Part shown: positions 1 to 13,000 of the stretch, piece after piece
How positions within the stretch are numbered: position 1 is the first letter of the stretch
Layout of the letters: each line of letters opens with the position of its first letter
NCBI GenBank assembly: GCA_000165425.1
Contig: CT868318.1
Location: 183,246 to 203,245 of the forward strand
Source: Paramecium tetraurelia
Lineage: Eukaryota
Length of the DNA stretch: 20,000 nucleotides
Direction: 5' to 3'
Notes under the pieces: generated by a model
Told to the model about the DNA's origin: nothing
Database searches by the model: none
Seen by the model: only the letters and a program-made list of their open reading frames with translations
Made by a program: the position numbers and the translations under genes

Positions 1-3000
1 GTAAATAATTACGTTTATAATGTTTGTAATGAACCGAACCAAGTATCTTATTTTTAGTGGTATATTCTAAATGACCTACAAGGAAAACAACTTAAAAACT
101 GTAAGACAATAGCATTTATAATCTAATAGTAAAAATAAGCGACCGGAAGCGAGAAGGATGTATTGCAATATAAATAACGGATGATGATGATTATAATTTA
201 TTATTTTCAAATAAGAAGGAATCTGTGGGAGTGAATAAAATTTATTGCCGATATCAAGGAGGAATCTTTATCAATTATAGATGCTTCTATTATGATGATG
301 TAACTATTCTAACAAATCCTTCGTTTTTACAAGAAAATTAAATAAATTGTTATTAATTAAATATTAAGGAATGCGCAGTGGTTAATTAAAACTGCTATCC
401 AATTATTAAAGATGGTTAAAATGAACAATTAATTACATGTGCTGCCTCTTTAAGTTAATTGGTAAGTGCTTAAGGATGTTTATCAAATGTTCAAGTGTAT
501 TAAACATATAAAGATTGTATTTCAGATGCAAATCAAACAGTTGGAATATATTTGGATTTCGATATATCCCCACCAGCCTGTAGCTCGAAATGTTATGTAC
601 TTGAATAGAGTAATTGTGATCTCAAATCTTGTAATTGGACCAATGAAGGACAAGGATTTTATGGATGTATTCCTAAGTATGGTTGTGATCATCCAGGATT
701 GAATTTAAATTACTGTAAGACTATGGCTTAGCTTTGTTAATGGGATTCTGTTAAAAATCGATGTTATTAGATCAAGTATTACTAGCTTTTCAATTTAAAA
801 TGTTCGGAAGCCAATTGTAAATATTTATGTGGAAACATTAAGACATTTGGATAAGAGTGTATTTGGATTGATGAAGATTTAAAATGTCTGAATATCTTAA
901 GTGTTCCAGAGCTGAAAAATTTTGAATCCTTTCCCACAAAATATGTTGTGAATAGAGAACTCTGTATGAATTAAAAAGGAAAGCATATATATAAGAATTA
1001 TATTTGTACTATTGATTCCAGTCCCATAAGTTGTGAAAGCGAAGACACAGGAAACTTTGGCAAAGAACTCTGTTTGTCAACATAAAACTGTCATTGGAAT
1101 GTTTAGATATAGGCGTGTGAGAAGGCAGTCTTAAAATCCTTTTGCGATGAGATGACTAATGTTTCTCCTGATTGCTGTACTTAATTTAATGACTGCATTT
1201 ATGATGTATCTAAAGCTAGTTGTGTATCACTAAGTTCTCAAATCTTTTGTACAACTCCTGGAATTTCTAAGAGTGCTTGTTTAGCTTTAAACAGTTAAAA
1301 TTGTTAATGGGTTGGATTCTAATGTGTTGAATTATTTATATTTAGAGAACCTTGTTCATCTTATAAGTCTGTGACAAAATCAGTTTGCGTTCTATAGGAA
1401 ACCAATTTATGTAGATACAATAATGGAAATTGCGAGTTAGTTGAAACACAACCTGATGATTGCTCAAATTCGCTTAACAAACTAGCTTGCCAGGCAAGTC
1501 AAGGTAGTTGTTATTTTAACATTAATTGCTAAACATTTTACTAACTAGGTCAATTATGCGAAGGTTTTTATCTGAGTCAATCTGCTTGTATTGCTCTTGA
1601 AACACCTGGAGAATAATGTATTTGGTAGAACAATTAATGTAAGTATATTACAGAAAAGTTTAATTGCCTACAAACACTAAAAATAAATAAGTGGGGTTGT
1701 GTTGGCATAGCTGCTGAAATTACAGGCTATTTGAGTCCATAGTATTATTGTGAATACAACGCAATCTCTAAAACTTGTGATTCTTTAACAACATCCATTT
1801 TAGGATGTGAATCAAATGGAAATTTTAATATTCATAGATGCAGTGCTTATGCTACTGGTTAATGTATATATAAGGATTTGAAATGCATTACAGTAGACTT
1901 AACTCATAAATATTGGGATAGCTAACTTGATATTATAGATTGTGCTCAAGCTAGTTTGCAAATTTGTACACGTGTCAGAGGAAAAGTTTGCTAGAAGATC
2001 AATTAATCTTGGAATTCCTACTAGGATGTGCGATGCGGTGAAGTTAAAACATCTATTATTCCGTGTGGACGTATTGATTTCGATTACATCCTTAGTTATG
2101 ATGCTTATCGGATTTAAGAGGCTTAAGGTTAATTTAATCCTTAAGTTTGTGCATAACTTCAAGGTTTTAATCTTGTCCCATGCCTTTATGATAAAGCTAC
2201 ATATAAATGCACTTAAGTAACAACGACCAATCGTTACGCCTGCAATGCTTTGGGAATAAATAAATGGATATGTATGAGCTAATCATATGGTTAATGCGCA
2301 TTTGTTAATTATGTCTGCGTGGATGCCACGTTAAGAAATGAAGAGTGCTAAAATTTAAATAAATGGGCTTGCCTAAATTCAAGTCGTAATTGCGTCTAAT
2401 AGTACACCAGATAAGATGATCTTTGTAAAGACAGAAGCGTCGATTTGACCAAACCATGTGCTGCTTAAGATTATTAAGGTTGTTCATTGATAGATAATTG
2501 CTATGCTAATCAATTTAGTTGCTATAGCATATCGGCTTCTTAAGTTTCACCTACAAGTTGTAATAGTCCATAAATTGGTAAAGCAGTATGTTATCAATCT
2601 AACATGTATTGTTAATTCTTTAACTCAAAGTGCTAAGTAATTTCAAAAGATTTGTGTGAATACTAATTAACATCAGAATAATGTGCTAATAATTTATATT
2701 ATAACTGTGTGTTTATCAATAATAAATGCTACACACAAAATAAATTCATTAAATGTGATGTTTACGAATCAACAAATTATAAATTTTGTAGATAGTTCCC
2801 AAATTGTAAGTACAATTTTAATTCACTGAACTGTGTTGATTTAACATTGCATAAAGGTATCTAGAATAATCTAATTAAATATGGCACAATAGATTGTAGT
2901 ACATTTTTAAACTAGTTTGATTGTTTAAGTTAATGGAAGGTGATATGTACATATACTTAAGCACAAGGATGCAAAAATACAAGTGATAATCCTAGTTAAT

Positions 3001-6000
3001 GTCCACATTTAATGTAATATAGTAAGATGATGTGTTAGAAATACGAAAATTGCGATTTCTAGTTTGGATATTTTTGTGTTGATACAACATAGACTTTAAG
3101 TTGTTCTTAATTATCAAATTCATTATGTTTATCTGATATTTCAGATACTTTGGCTTGTTATTGGGATGGCACCAATTGCCAAGATGTAACAACTTAAGTT
3201 TGTTCAGATGTTTAATCTTATTTAATCAATTATTCTGGATGTTCCAAAATATTTAATTAGGATAATAAGAAGTGCATGTATTAATTTTCAACTCAAAAGT
3301 GTAAAATCTTAAAAGAAATTAATGATTGTTCTGATTTTACTACTAATATTGAATGCGCAATTAGAGCCACTACCTCCTGTTTATTAGGAAATCCTAATGC
3401 TTAAACTACAAGTTGTAGTACTTCTAGTACTTTTAATGTTAATCTAAATTTATATGGATGCACATAATTAACAGGAAATCCTTATTATTATGATATCTAT
3501 AATTATAAATGTGATTAACTTACAGTTGCAAACTATGTCAATGTTTAAGGATGCCAGTATTTAAATAAAAAAAGTTGCATTGAAATAACAAGTGAAATTT
3601 TAACTATCAATTGTGGATGGATTGATAATCAATGTTAACAATTGATTGATCTCACTAAATTGAATAATTGCACTCTTTTAAATAAATACGCTTGCATTAA
3701 TATAGAAAATTCAAATCTTGTCTGTTAATGGGATATAGTAACACTATCTTGTTAGCAATCAAATAAAACCCCTTGTTTTGTTCCTGCATCAATTCCATCT
3801 AATCCTACAATTTTATACTCATTAAGCTTATGTAGTAAGGGAGATAATACAAATGCATGTATGGCAAATTCATCAAATACAGGATGTGTTACATTCACTT
3901 ATACAATTGAACTTTGTGAAAATATGGGATTGAACAAAAAGGCTTGTGTTGAATAGACTACTGGATATTGCAAATGGTCTAATAATTAGTGTTCAAATTC
4001 TTAATTAGACAATTTAAATTGTAATACAGATGTCAATAAAAATACTTGTTTAGCTATTAATGATAATTTATGTGATTGGAATGATACAACTAAAATATGT
4101 TCTACTAAAACATTAACCAATTGTACTGATGCAATCAATTACAATTAGTGTATGAATGTACCAAATAAGTTTTGTTAATATCTCAATGATAGGTGTAGTT
4201 AGCTTGACAAAGTTTCACAAGCTTGTAAATTTGGATATAATAAGTATGCTTGTAAAAACGTTGAAGGTGTAACATGTTAATTTTAAGATCTTAAGTGCAC
4301 TGTCCTATTCTAGATTGATTCTTGGCAAAGATGCTCAAAATACGTAGATCAACTCCTTTGTGAATCTAACCATTGTGAATGGCAAGATTCAAAATGTATT
4401 TCACTAACAATATGTAATAATGTTACTCCAGAAATAAAGGTTGATTATTTACCATATAAGTTGAATCCCTGTGTTAATTATTTACCTCAAGCATGCATTT
4501 AAATTTATAATAAATACGGATGCTTAAGTTCCAGCCTATATTGTTAATGGGATGATAACTTAGGATGCTCTTCATATACTACATATTTATCAGAAATTTA
4601 ATGCCTAGAAACATTGAAAGTTAATAGGAATGTATGTGATAAATACGCTCCTAAGTTTTGTGAATTCAAAACGGATAGTTGTTCACCTCGCATCACTGAT
4701 TATTATTTTATTATAAATCCCTCTTAAACATTAGCAAGTACTGAAATAAGCCATCAAATTGAGACTCAAACTTGCGATTCCTATGGTACAAAGTAAGATT
4801 GCATTTTATCAACTGCATATGAATGCTATTGGAATGGTTCCTGCATATAAATAACTAATGAAACTTCTTTGGATGCTCAAAGTTTAAACATAAATGGTTG
4901 TAATAAGTTTAATTTACAATGGAGAGACAGACAATGCTTTAAATTCACTTCTATTTAAAATTTTAATGAATTTTTGGACAAAGAAATAACATAATGCGAA
5001 ACTAAATTGATCTCAAAATAAACATGTTTAAATATAACAGCTTAACCTTGTTAATTTGACAATGCTACTTTAACTTGCAAGAGAGTGCCTTATTTAAATT
5101 ATTCATGCTCCTCCTATACAAATGTAAACAGAAGAACTTGCTAATTATTGACAAAATACGCCTGCGATTTTAATGAGGTTGTAAATTCTTGTGTCACTGC
5201 CCAAACTATTGTGACTGTTTATGGGGGACTTTCTAAATCAGCTTGTCTATCGCTTTCAACTGCAGCATATTGGGATGATTAATGCATTCCTGTAACAATT
5301 TTTGAATGCGATCAAAAATATTAGAGTTCTTCAGCTGCTTGTGTTTTATCATTAACACCCTGTATTTATGATGACAAAAAATAATCTTGCATTTCTTAAT
5401 ATAATTTAAATGCTGTCTTCTGTGATACTCCAGGAGTGAGTCTTGAAACCTGTACGTAAATAATCAGGGAACCTTGCATATTCAAGTAAAATAAATGTTA
5501 GAGAATACCTTCATCTTACTCCTGCGACTAAGCACAATTAGTTAATGAAATGGCATGCGCTTCACTCAATTAAGCATGTTCTTATGACTAATTGATAAGA
5601 CAGTGTTAAGTAGTGTCAAATAGCTAAAAATGTTCTACATTAGGACTTTCAAAAAATGCATGTTTGTATAATCCATCCTGTAAATTTAATAATGATTTGT
5701 TGAAATGCGAATGCTCACTTGTCGTATCCCCTTAATTTTGCAGTGATCTCTCAAAGGAAAATTGCTAATAAAATACAAAATGCTACTTTGATTAAAAATT
5801 GAAGACTTGTAGAAGAAGGTATTGTGAAGATCTTATTAAATCTGAATGTTTTGGCTCCTTAAATAATTATACATGCTATTATACTGGATATTCTTGTTAA
5901 TCAGCAGGAAAATGTGAAGATATCTTTAATTTTAGTAATTCTTAATGTGAAAATGTAATTTTTAATGGATAACCTTGTGTAGGAACAAACAATAGATGTT

Positions 6001-6731
6001 TCACTTACAACAATTATCTGGAATACTGTTAAAATTCAGATTGTCAAAATAGCTTTTGTAGTTATAATGAAGAGAATATTTGTTAAGTTAAAAAGTGTTC
6101 AGAGTTAAGTAATTGCCATCAATTAGGTAATTATTGCAAGACTTTATCGAATGGAACTTGCGTCGAAAACTAAAGTTGCTAGTAATTAGATTCTGAGATT
6201 TGCGATGGATAAACTATACGTACAATGGACACATGCTCCCTTTAAAAGTACAATATTTATTTAAATGATGTTTTATGTACATCCTAAGTATGTGCTTTAT
6301 ATGGAATATCAGAATTATGTGATGGGAATTAATACGGGAATTATGCATGTGCATTGATTGACCAAAAATGCTAACCTTGCGAATAAATAAAAGATGCTTG
6401 TCAATGTAACGAGAAAGTTGAAATATGTGTGTGGGATGACAATACTTGTCGTTCTTTTTTATGTAATGAATTGGGACAGAAAGAATAATGTAATGCTATC
6501 AATAGATGTCTTTGGAGTACTCTTAATAATTAATGCTTGATTCATTGTAGCAAAATTATAGATGCAGATGAATGCAATTCCAGAACCAATGAATGCTATT
6601 ACGATGAGGCAATTAATTTATGCCAAACAGGAACTTTTAATCCTCCAAGTCTTAGCATTACCATAGAAATATCAACAACGTATTAAATGGTCTTGTTGAT
6701 GATTCCAACATTCTTTATTGCTGTATTTTGA
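1..6731 (+). CDS. Large cysteine-rich repeat surface protein, paralogue A (5'-truncated; ~2233 aa in window; exons <1-100, 130-6731; code 6); surface-antigen-like, probable GPI anchor
   Basis: Frame 1 reads VNNYVYNVCNEPNQVSYFQWYILNDLQGKQLKN. After a 29-nt GT..AG intron it continues LKISDRKREGCIAIQ in one frame (spot-checked, not exhaustively scanned) to TGA 6729-6731. There are many ~40-45 aa 4-Cys units such as CTTPGISKSACLALNSQNCQWVGFQC and CDTPGVSLETCTQIIREPCIFKQNKC. The C-terminus SLSITIEISTTYQMVLLMIPTFFIAVF* is hydrophobic with no cytosolic tail. Collinear with the gene at 7091-14440. Confidence 0.9.
101..129 (+). other. Spliceosomal micro-intron (29 nt, phase 1) in paralogue A
   Basis: gtaagacaatagcatttataatctaatag. 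Removal gives AAC T|TA AAA ATA AGC GAC, the same position and phase as intron 7850-7871 of paralogue B. Confidence 0.88.
2891..4179 (+). repeat. Direct repeat copy 1: near-identical block shared with 10588-11876
   Basis: Begins agattgtagtacatttttaaactagtttgattg and ends ccaaataagttttgttaat in both copies. The offset is a constant 7697 nt at both ends. 3845-4095 matches 11542-11792 with no mismatch seen by eye. Confidence 0.95.
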
Positions 6732-7090
6732 TTAATATGAATTATTAAGTTAAGTTAATTATTTTGCATGTATCAACTATCTAGAGATTAATATTCGGAT
6801 TAATTGTTATATCATTAAAAAGCGTTTATTCAATCAATTCTATATATATTTATGGCTAATTTATTTTAATTCTTAATTTCCATTGACCCCTAAAATAACC
6901 GAATGCTTTCAATAGTACATTTTTTCATGAAGCATGACTCTATGCGATTGAGAATGTAAAATTTAAAAAACGGAAGCCATAAAATCCATTTTTTTGATAA
7001 CTTAAAATGTGTTGTTTATTTAATTAAAATTAAAATGACCTTATATATTTTCATTTCCAAATTTCAACTTTAACATAATTTAATTGTTTT

Positions 7091-10000
7091 ATGACTCACT
7101 CATATAGGTTTGTACTAAATATATTCCTAATACTATTTTCTTTATCACAAGTGCAATGTGCTGATAGATGCATAGAATATAGAACTTATGATGATTGCAT
7201 TAGAAGTATAGATGACCAATGTATATATATTTTATATAATTAACAGGCATTTGGGACTCTGATGCATGTAATTTTACAAAAAACTTAGAACTTGGGTGTT
7301 CTGAGTTGTTGAACAAGAAAGCCTGCAATAAATAATTGGCGTATGCCTCAGGAGAATTAGCCAAATGTATGCAATAAATGTTTTCTCTTAGGTATTTTTA
7401 TATCGAAGTGTTAACCAATATAGGATTTGAGTTAAGTTAATTGTTAGGATAGTCTTTCCAAACATGGATGTATGTCCATTCAAAAAACTTCGGAGCTTTG
7501 CGAATGGAATGAGAACACATACAGTTGTGATTATGTCCCTCAAATGGATAATTTGAAAGACTTTTAGAATAAATTATACAGTGCATCTGTTTGTGGAAGA
7601 ATCGAAAGTACACTTGTATCTAATTAGATTATCTCATTATACACCATACGTTATTGTGGACACTAACCCAGTATAAACCAAATTTCGTTTTAGAATCAGA
7701 GCGCCTTTACAGAAAAGACTTAGGATTGTAAGTAGAAGCTGATAGCAAAGTATATGAAACAGGAACTTTAAAAAATAATTTCGTAAGCTCTGGTGGTTAC
7801 TTTTAATGGTATGAATTAGGTCAGCCACTTGGAAGTGGATTAAGCAATTGTATTAAATAATTTTAACATAGTGAAAATTAGTGACAGAGAGCGAGAAGGC
7901 TGTATAGCATTAGAGATAGTCGACGACAATGATTACTAAATGCTATTCTCAACTAAAATTCAGGAAGTAGGTGTTAACCATATTTATTGCAGATATATTA
8001 AAGCAATATTTACTCATTAAAAATGCCTTTTAATATCTCAAGAATTATAATTACAAGACTAACAATTTCTTACAGCAAATGAGATCTTTTGTAGATATGT
8101 CGATAGGAATAGGTGCTCATACATCAACTTAAATTGCCTTCCCTAACCCTTGAGTTCTGATGGGCTAGAAAAAGAATTCAGTTGTATTAGCGGCTTATAC
8201 ACACAGAAGACTACTTGCGTTGCAGAAGCCTTAGACACTTTTAGAAGATGCAAAGGCATATCTGGAAATGAAGGGTGTTATTTGAATACTTTAAATTCTC
8301 CTCCTGTTTGTAGTTAAGAATGTATCGTAAGTCAACAAAGTTTGTGTAATAGCGATAATTGTAATTGGACTCAAGAATCAAACGAATTTATAGGGTGTGT
8401 TCCCAAATTGGGATGCAAATAGCCAGGAGTAAATTAATATTATTGTGTGAATATGAGACTATTATGTACTTGGGATGACACCAATAAATAATGCATATAA
8501 CTATAGGACTACTAACTTAACATTCTGGATTGTGGTGCTGTCGTTTCAAAATTCTCATGTGGATCAATACGAAAAATGGGACAAGAATGTATTTGGCTTG
8601 ATAATGAGGGGAAATGTATAAACGTCTTATCGGATTAGAAATTAAAACTATTTTAATCCTTCCCCAAAACAATGGTTGTAAATAGAAAATTATGCATGTA
8701 CTCATCAGGGAACAGAAAGTATACTAATATGATATGCGACTAATATTAAACAGAAAATACTTGTGAAACAGAAGATAGCAGTTCTTTTAACTAGGAATTA
8801 TGTTTAAACACTCCAAAATGCTAATGGGATGTTTTATATGAAGTTTGCAAGGTTCTAGTCACTCAAACTAGTTGTGATGCTTTAATCAATGTTTCAGCTC
8901 CTGCATGTGCTTAGTTTATGAATTGTAAATACAATTTGTAAACAAAGAGTTGTCAAACTTAATCCACTAATTTAACATGCGATGATCAAGGAATAAAAAA
9001 AGAAGTTTGTCTTGGTTTATCTGATCAACCATGCAAATGGAGTAATGGAGTTTGTTCCTAAGTGACATCATTCAATCAATATTGCACATCATACAATAAT
9101 GTATCTTAAAAAGTGTGTGTATTATAATCAACTGAAAGATGCCAATTTCTTGCAAACAAATGTATTTTAGTAACAGTTGCCCCAACCACTTGTTAAACTT
9201 ATTTTAATAAATATGCATGCTAATTCAGCACAGAATCTTGTTATTTTGCTGGAGATTCATGCTAAACGTTATCAGCCACTAAATATGAAACTTTGACTTG
9301 TGAAGGGTTTTATCTTAGTAAAAAGGCATGCCAATAGATTATAAAAACTAATGAAAAGTGTTCATGGGATGGAGAAAAATGTGTTTATTTTAAATCTACG
9401 TAACGTTATAATTGTTTGGCTAATACATCACTTAGTCAGGCAGGTTGTATTAGTATCATCTCTCCTGTTCCAAGACAATCACTAGATGAATATTATTGTG
9501 CTTATAAATTTCCAGACAGACTATGTGCTTCTATTACCTCTTCTACCACCGTGGCATCTTGTGGAAATGCTAATTTATTATTAAATCGATAAACCTGTTC
9601 ATAGTTGACAAGTGGAAATTGTATATTTGCTGATCAGCAGTGCAAAAATGAGCCTTCAGATGCAACATCGAATCGTTATTGGGATTATCATTTGAAAAGA
9701 ATAAGTTGTGATTAAGCCAATAGAAACACTTGTAAAAAAGTGAAAAATAGTGTCTGTTAACTTAATTCTAACTTTTGCTTTATGGTAATTGACCCTAAAC
9801 TTATATGCTAATTTCCAGGAAACATTTCAACCTACAATCCAATTTAATATTGTGCTAATTCAGTTTATAGTGACAATACTTATGCTACTAAAGTTCGATG
9901 TAAGATCAACACTGCTCAGACTAATTGTGAGGTGCCATCAAATACTAACTATTATAGTTGTGATGAACCAGGAATCAATAGTAATATCTGTTTCGAGGCT

Positions 10001-13000
10001 ACCTATGGTTAATGTGCATTTATAAATGGAAAATGTACATCTGATCTCACTAATGTAACTTCATGCAATTAACTGAATAAGTAAGCATGCTTAAATATGA
10101 ATATGGAATGTGGTTATTTTAATAATGTTTGTACTTAAAATAATACTTCAACAAAATGTCCTGCTGCAATAACAAATTATTCATGGTATCTGTGTTCAAA
10201 CACATCGAGTTGCTATGGAATATTGAATGGTTGCAAGTAAATGGCAACTATTATTAATTTAAAATGTGACACTCCTGGAGTTGGAAAAACAGTTTGTGAG
10301 AAATCTTTATAAAATTGCGTCTTTACAAATGGTGTTTGCAAGAACATTTCAAAGAAATAATGCGAATATGAGTTTACAAAAGAAGATTGCATCAATAATC
10401 TTTATTATAACTGTGTTTATGATGAAGGATAATGCTATACTTAAAATTTAACAGTTAAATGCGATAAATATGATTATACTAATTACAAATTTTGTAGGTA
10501 ATATCCATATTGTCAATACATTAACAATAAATGCAAAGACTACAGCTTGCTTAGTCAAATTGAGAATGATAAAATCAATTATACAAAAGATTGTAGTACA
10601 TTTTTAAACTAGTTTGATTGTTTAAATTAATGGTAAGTGATATGTACATTTATTAAAGGTTAAGGATGCAAAAATACAAGTGATAATCCTAGTTAATGTC
10701 CTCATTTAATGTAATATAGTAAGATGATGTGTTAAAAATATTAAAATTGTAAGTTCTAATTTGGATATTATTGCATTGATACAACATAGACTTTAAGTTG
10801 TTCTTAATTATCAAATTCATTATGTTTATCTGATATTTCAGATACTTTGGCTTGTTATTGGGATGGCACAAATTGCCAAGATGTAACAACTTAAGTTTGT
10901 TCAGATGTTTAATCATATTTAATCAATTACTCTGGATGTTCAAAAATAAGCAATTAGGATAGTAAGAAATGCATGTATTAATCTTCAACTTAAAAGTGTA
11001 AAATCTTAAAAGAAACTAATAATTGTTCTGATTTTACTACTAACATTGAATGCGCAATCAGAGCCAATACATCTTGTTTATTAGGAAATCCTACTACTTC
11101 ACCTACAAGTTGTAGTACTTCGAGTGCTTTTAATGCTAATCTAAATTTATATGGATGCACCTAATTAACAGGAAATCCTTATTATTATGATATCTATAAT
11201 TATTAATGCGTATAACTTACAGTTGCAAACTATGTCAATGTTTAAGGATGCCAGTATTTAAATAAATAAAGTTGTATTGAAATAACAAGTGATATTTTAA
11301 ATATCAATTGTGGATGGATTGATAATCAGTGTTAACAATTGATTGATCTCACTTAATTGAATGATTGCACTCTTTTAAATAAATATGCTTGCATTAATAT
11401 AGAAAACTCAAATCTTGTTTGTTAATGGAACGTTGCATCACATACATGTACATCATCAATTCAAACTGCTTGTTACGTTCCTGCATCAATTCCAGCTAAT
11501 CCTACAATTTTATACTCATCAAGCTTATGTAGTAAGGGAGGTAATACAAATGCATGTATGGCAAATTCATCAAATACAGGATGTGTTACATTCACTTATA
11601 CAATTGAACTTTGTGAAAATATGGGATTGAACAAAAAGGCTTGTGTTGAATAGACTACTGGATATTGCAAATGGTCTAATAATTAGTGTTCAAATTCTTA
11701 ATTAGACAATTTAAATTGTAATACAGATGTCAATAAAAATACTTGTTTAGCTATTAATGATAATTTATGTGATTGGAATGATACAACTAAAACATGTTCT
11801 ACTAAAACATTAACTAATTGTACCGATGCAATCAATTACAATTAGTGTATGAATGTACCAAATAAGTTTTGTTAATTCACTGATTCATGTAAAAGTTTTG
11901 AAACTAGTCCTAAGATTTGTTAATTAGGATTTAATAAGTATAGCTGTCAGAATGTAACGGAATAGATATGTTAATTCAGCAATAATTAATGTTCAATCTT
12001 AACCACATTTGATTCAAGGAAAGAATGTTCTAAACAATTAAGTGAACAAAATTGCAAAGCTTCGCCATTTCATTGTTATTGGCAAAACACAACATGTGTC
12101 TTTAAGGATACTAGTTGTTATAAAAAGGACTCTGACAATACTGATTGTTATAACTTTGAATACCCTTGTAGTTTAACTAGTTGTACTCCTACAAAACCTC
12201 TATCTTGTGTTTAGATCTATAATAGAATAGCTTGTCTAGATTCTGACTTCTTTTGTTATTGGGATAGTACAAAAGGATGCCAGAATTATTATTCAACATA
12301 AAGCAGCGTCAATTGTGAAACTATAACATTATAAATAAATAGAAAGGTTTGTCAATATTATTCCTCTCAAAATTGTGAATATAGAAATTATGTTTGTACT
12401 TCAAATTTATCTGATATTTTCTATGAACTTAACCCCAACTATAGTGTTTAATCAAGCGTAGTGGCAATATAATCAAATTGTTCTGACAACTTAACAGAGT
12501 TCGATTGTGTTACTTCAACATAATTGAAATGTTATTGGAATACAAATTGCAAATCTATTGAAGAATAAACAGTTTCATGTACTTCAAAATTAAATCTCCT
12601 TGCATGTTAAGAAAAAGACTGTTTATGGAGATAAAGAAAATGCATTTCTAAATCGGACTATGTTTTTTAACCAAATCCTATTTTAGATTTATAAGTTACT
12701 GATTGTACAACTCTATACATCTCTAAGGCTACTTGCTTGCATGTACCTGATGTATCTTGCACCTATGATGAAACTATCAATTAGTGCAGCAATGTTATAT
12801 TTGATGATATTAAAGCTTGTTCAGATTATTAGTTAGTTAATAAAAAAACTTGTTAAATGGTTCCGTCTAAGTCATGTATTTATGATTCGGATTCCTTAAC
12901 ATGTCAGGATTTTGCTGGAACCATTACTGATATTGATACATTATCTAAACCTGCTTGTTTGTCACTTACCTAAGCAGCATACTGGGACAATGGATGTCAT

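Noticed and set aside
141..161. RKR as a furin-like cleavage site in paralogue A
   Set aside because: Paralogue B has RER at the same position and there is no other support.
2992..10916. Two near-identical minus-strand ORFs (2992-3192 and 10689-10916) suggesting a duplicated small gene or mobile element
   Set aside because: They are the antisense of the shared tract. The plus-strand frame keeps the Cys periodicity, and there are no terminal repeats, target-site duplications or transposase.
2891..11876. Duplicated block as a pure assembly artefact
   Set aside because: The copies differ at dozens of positions, many synonymous, and each sits in frame at the homologous position of its own gene. 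A collapse is not fully excluded for the 251-nt identical core without reads.
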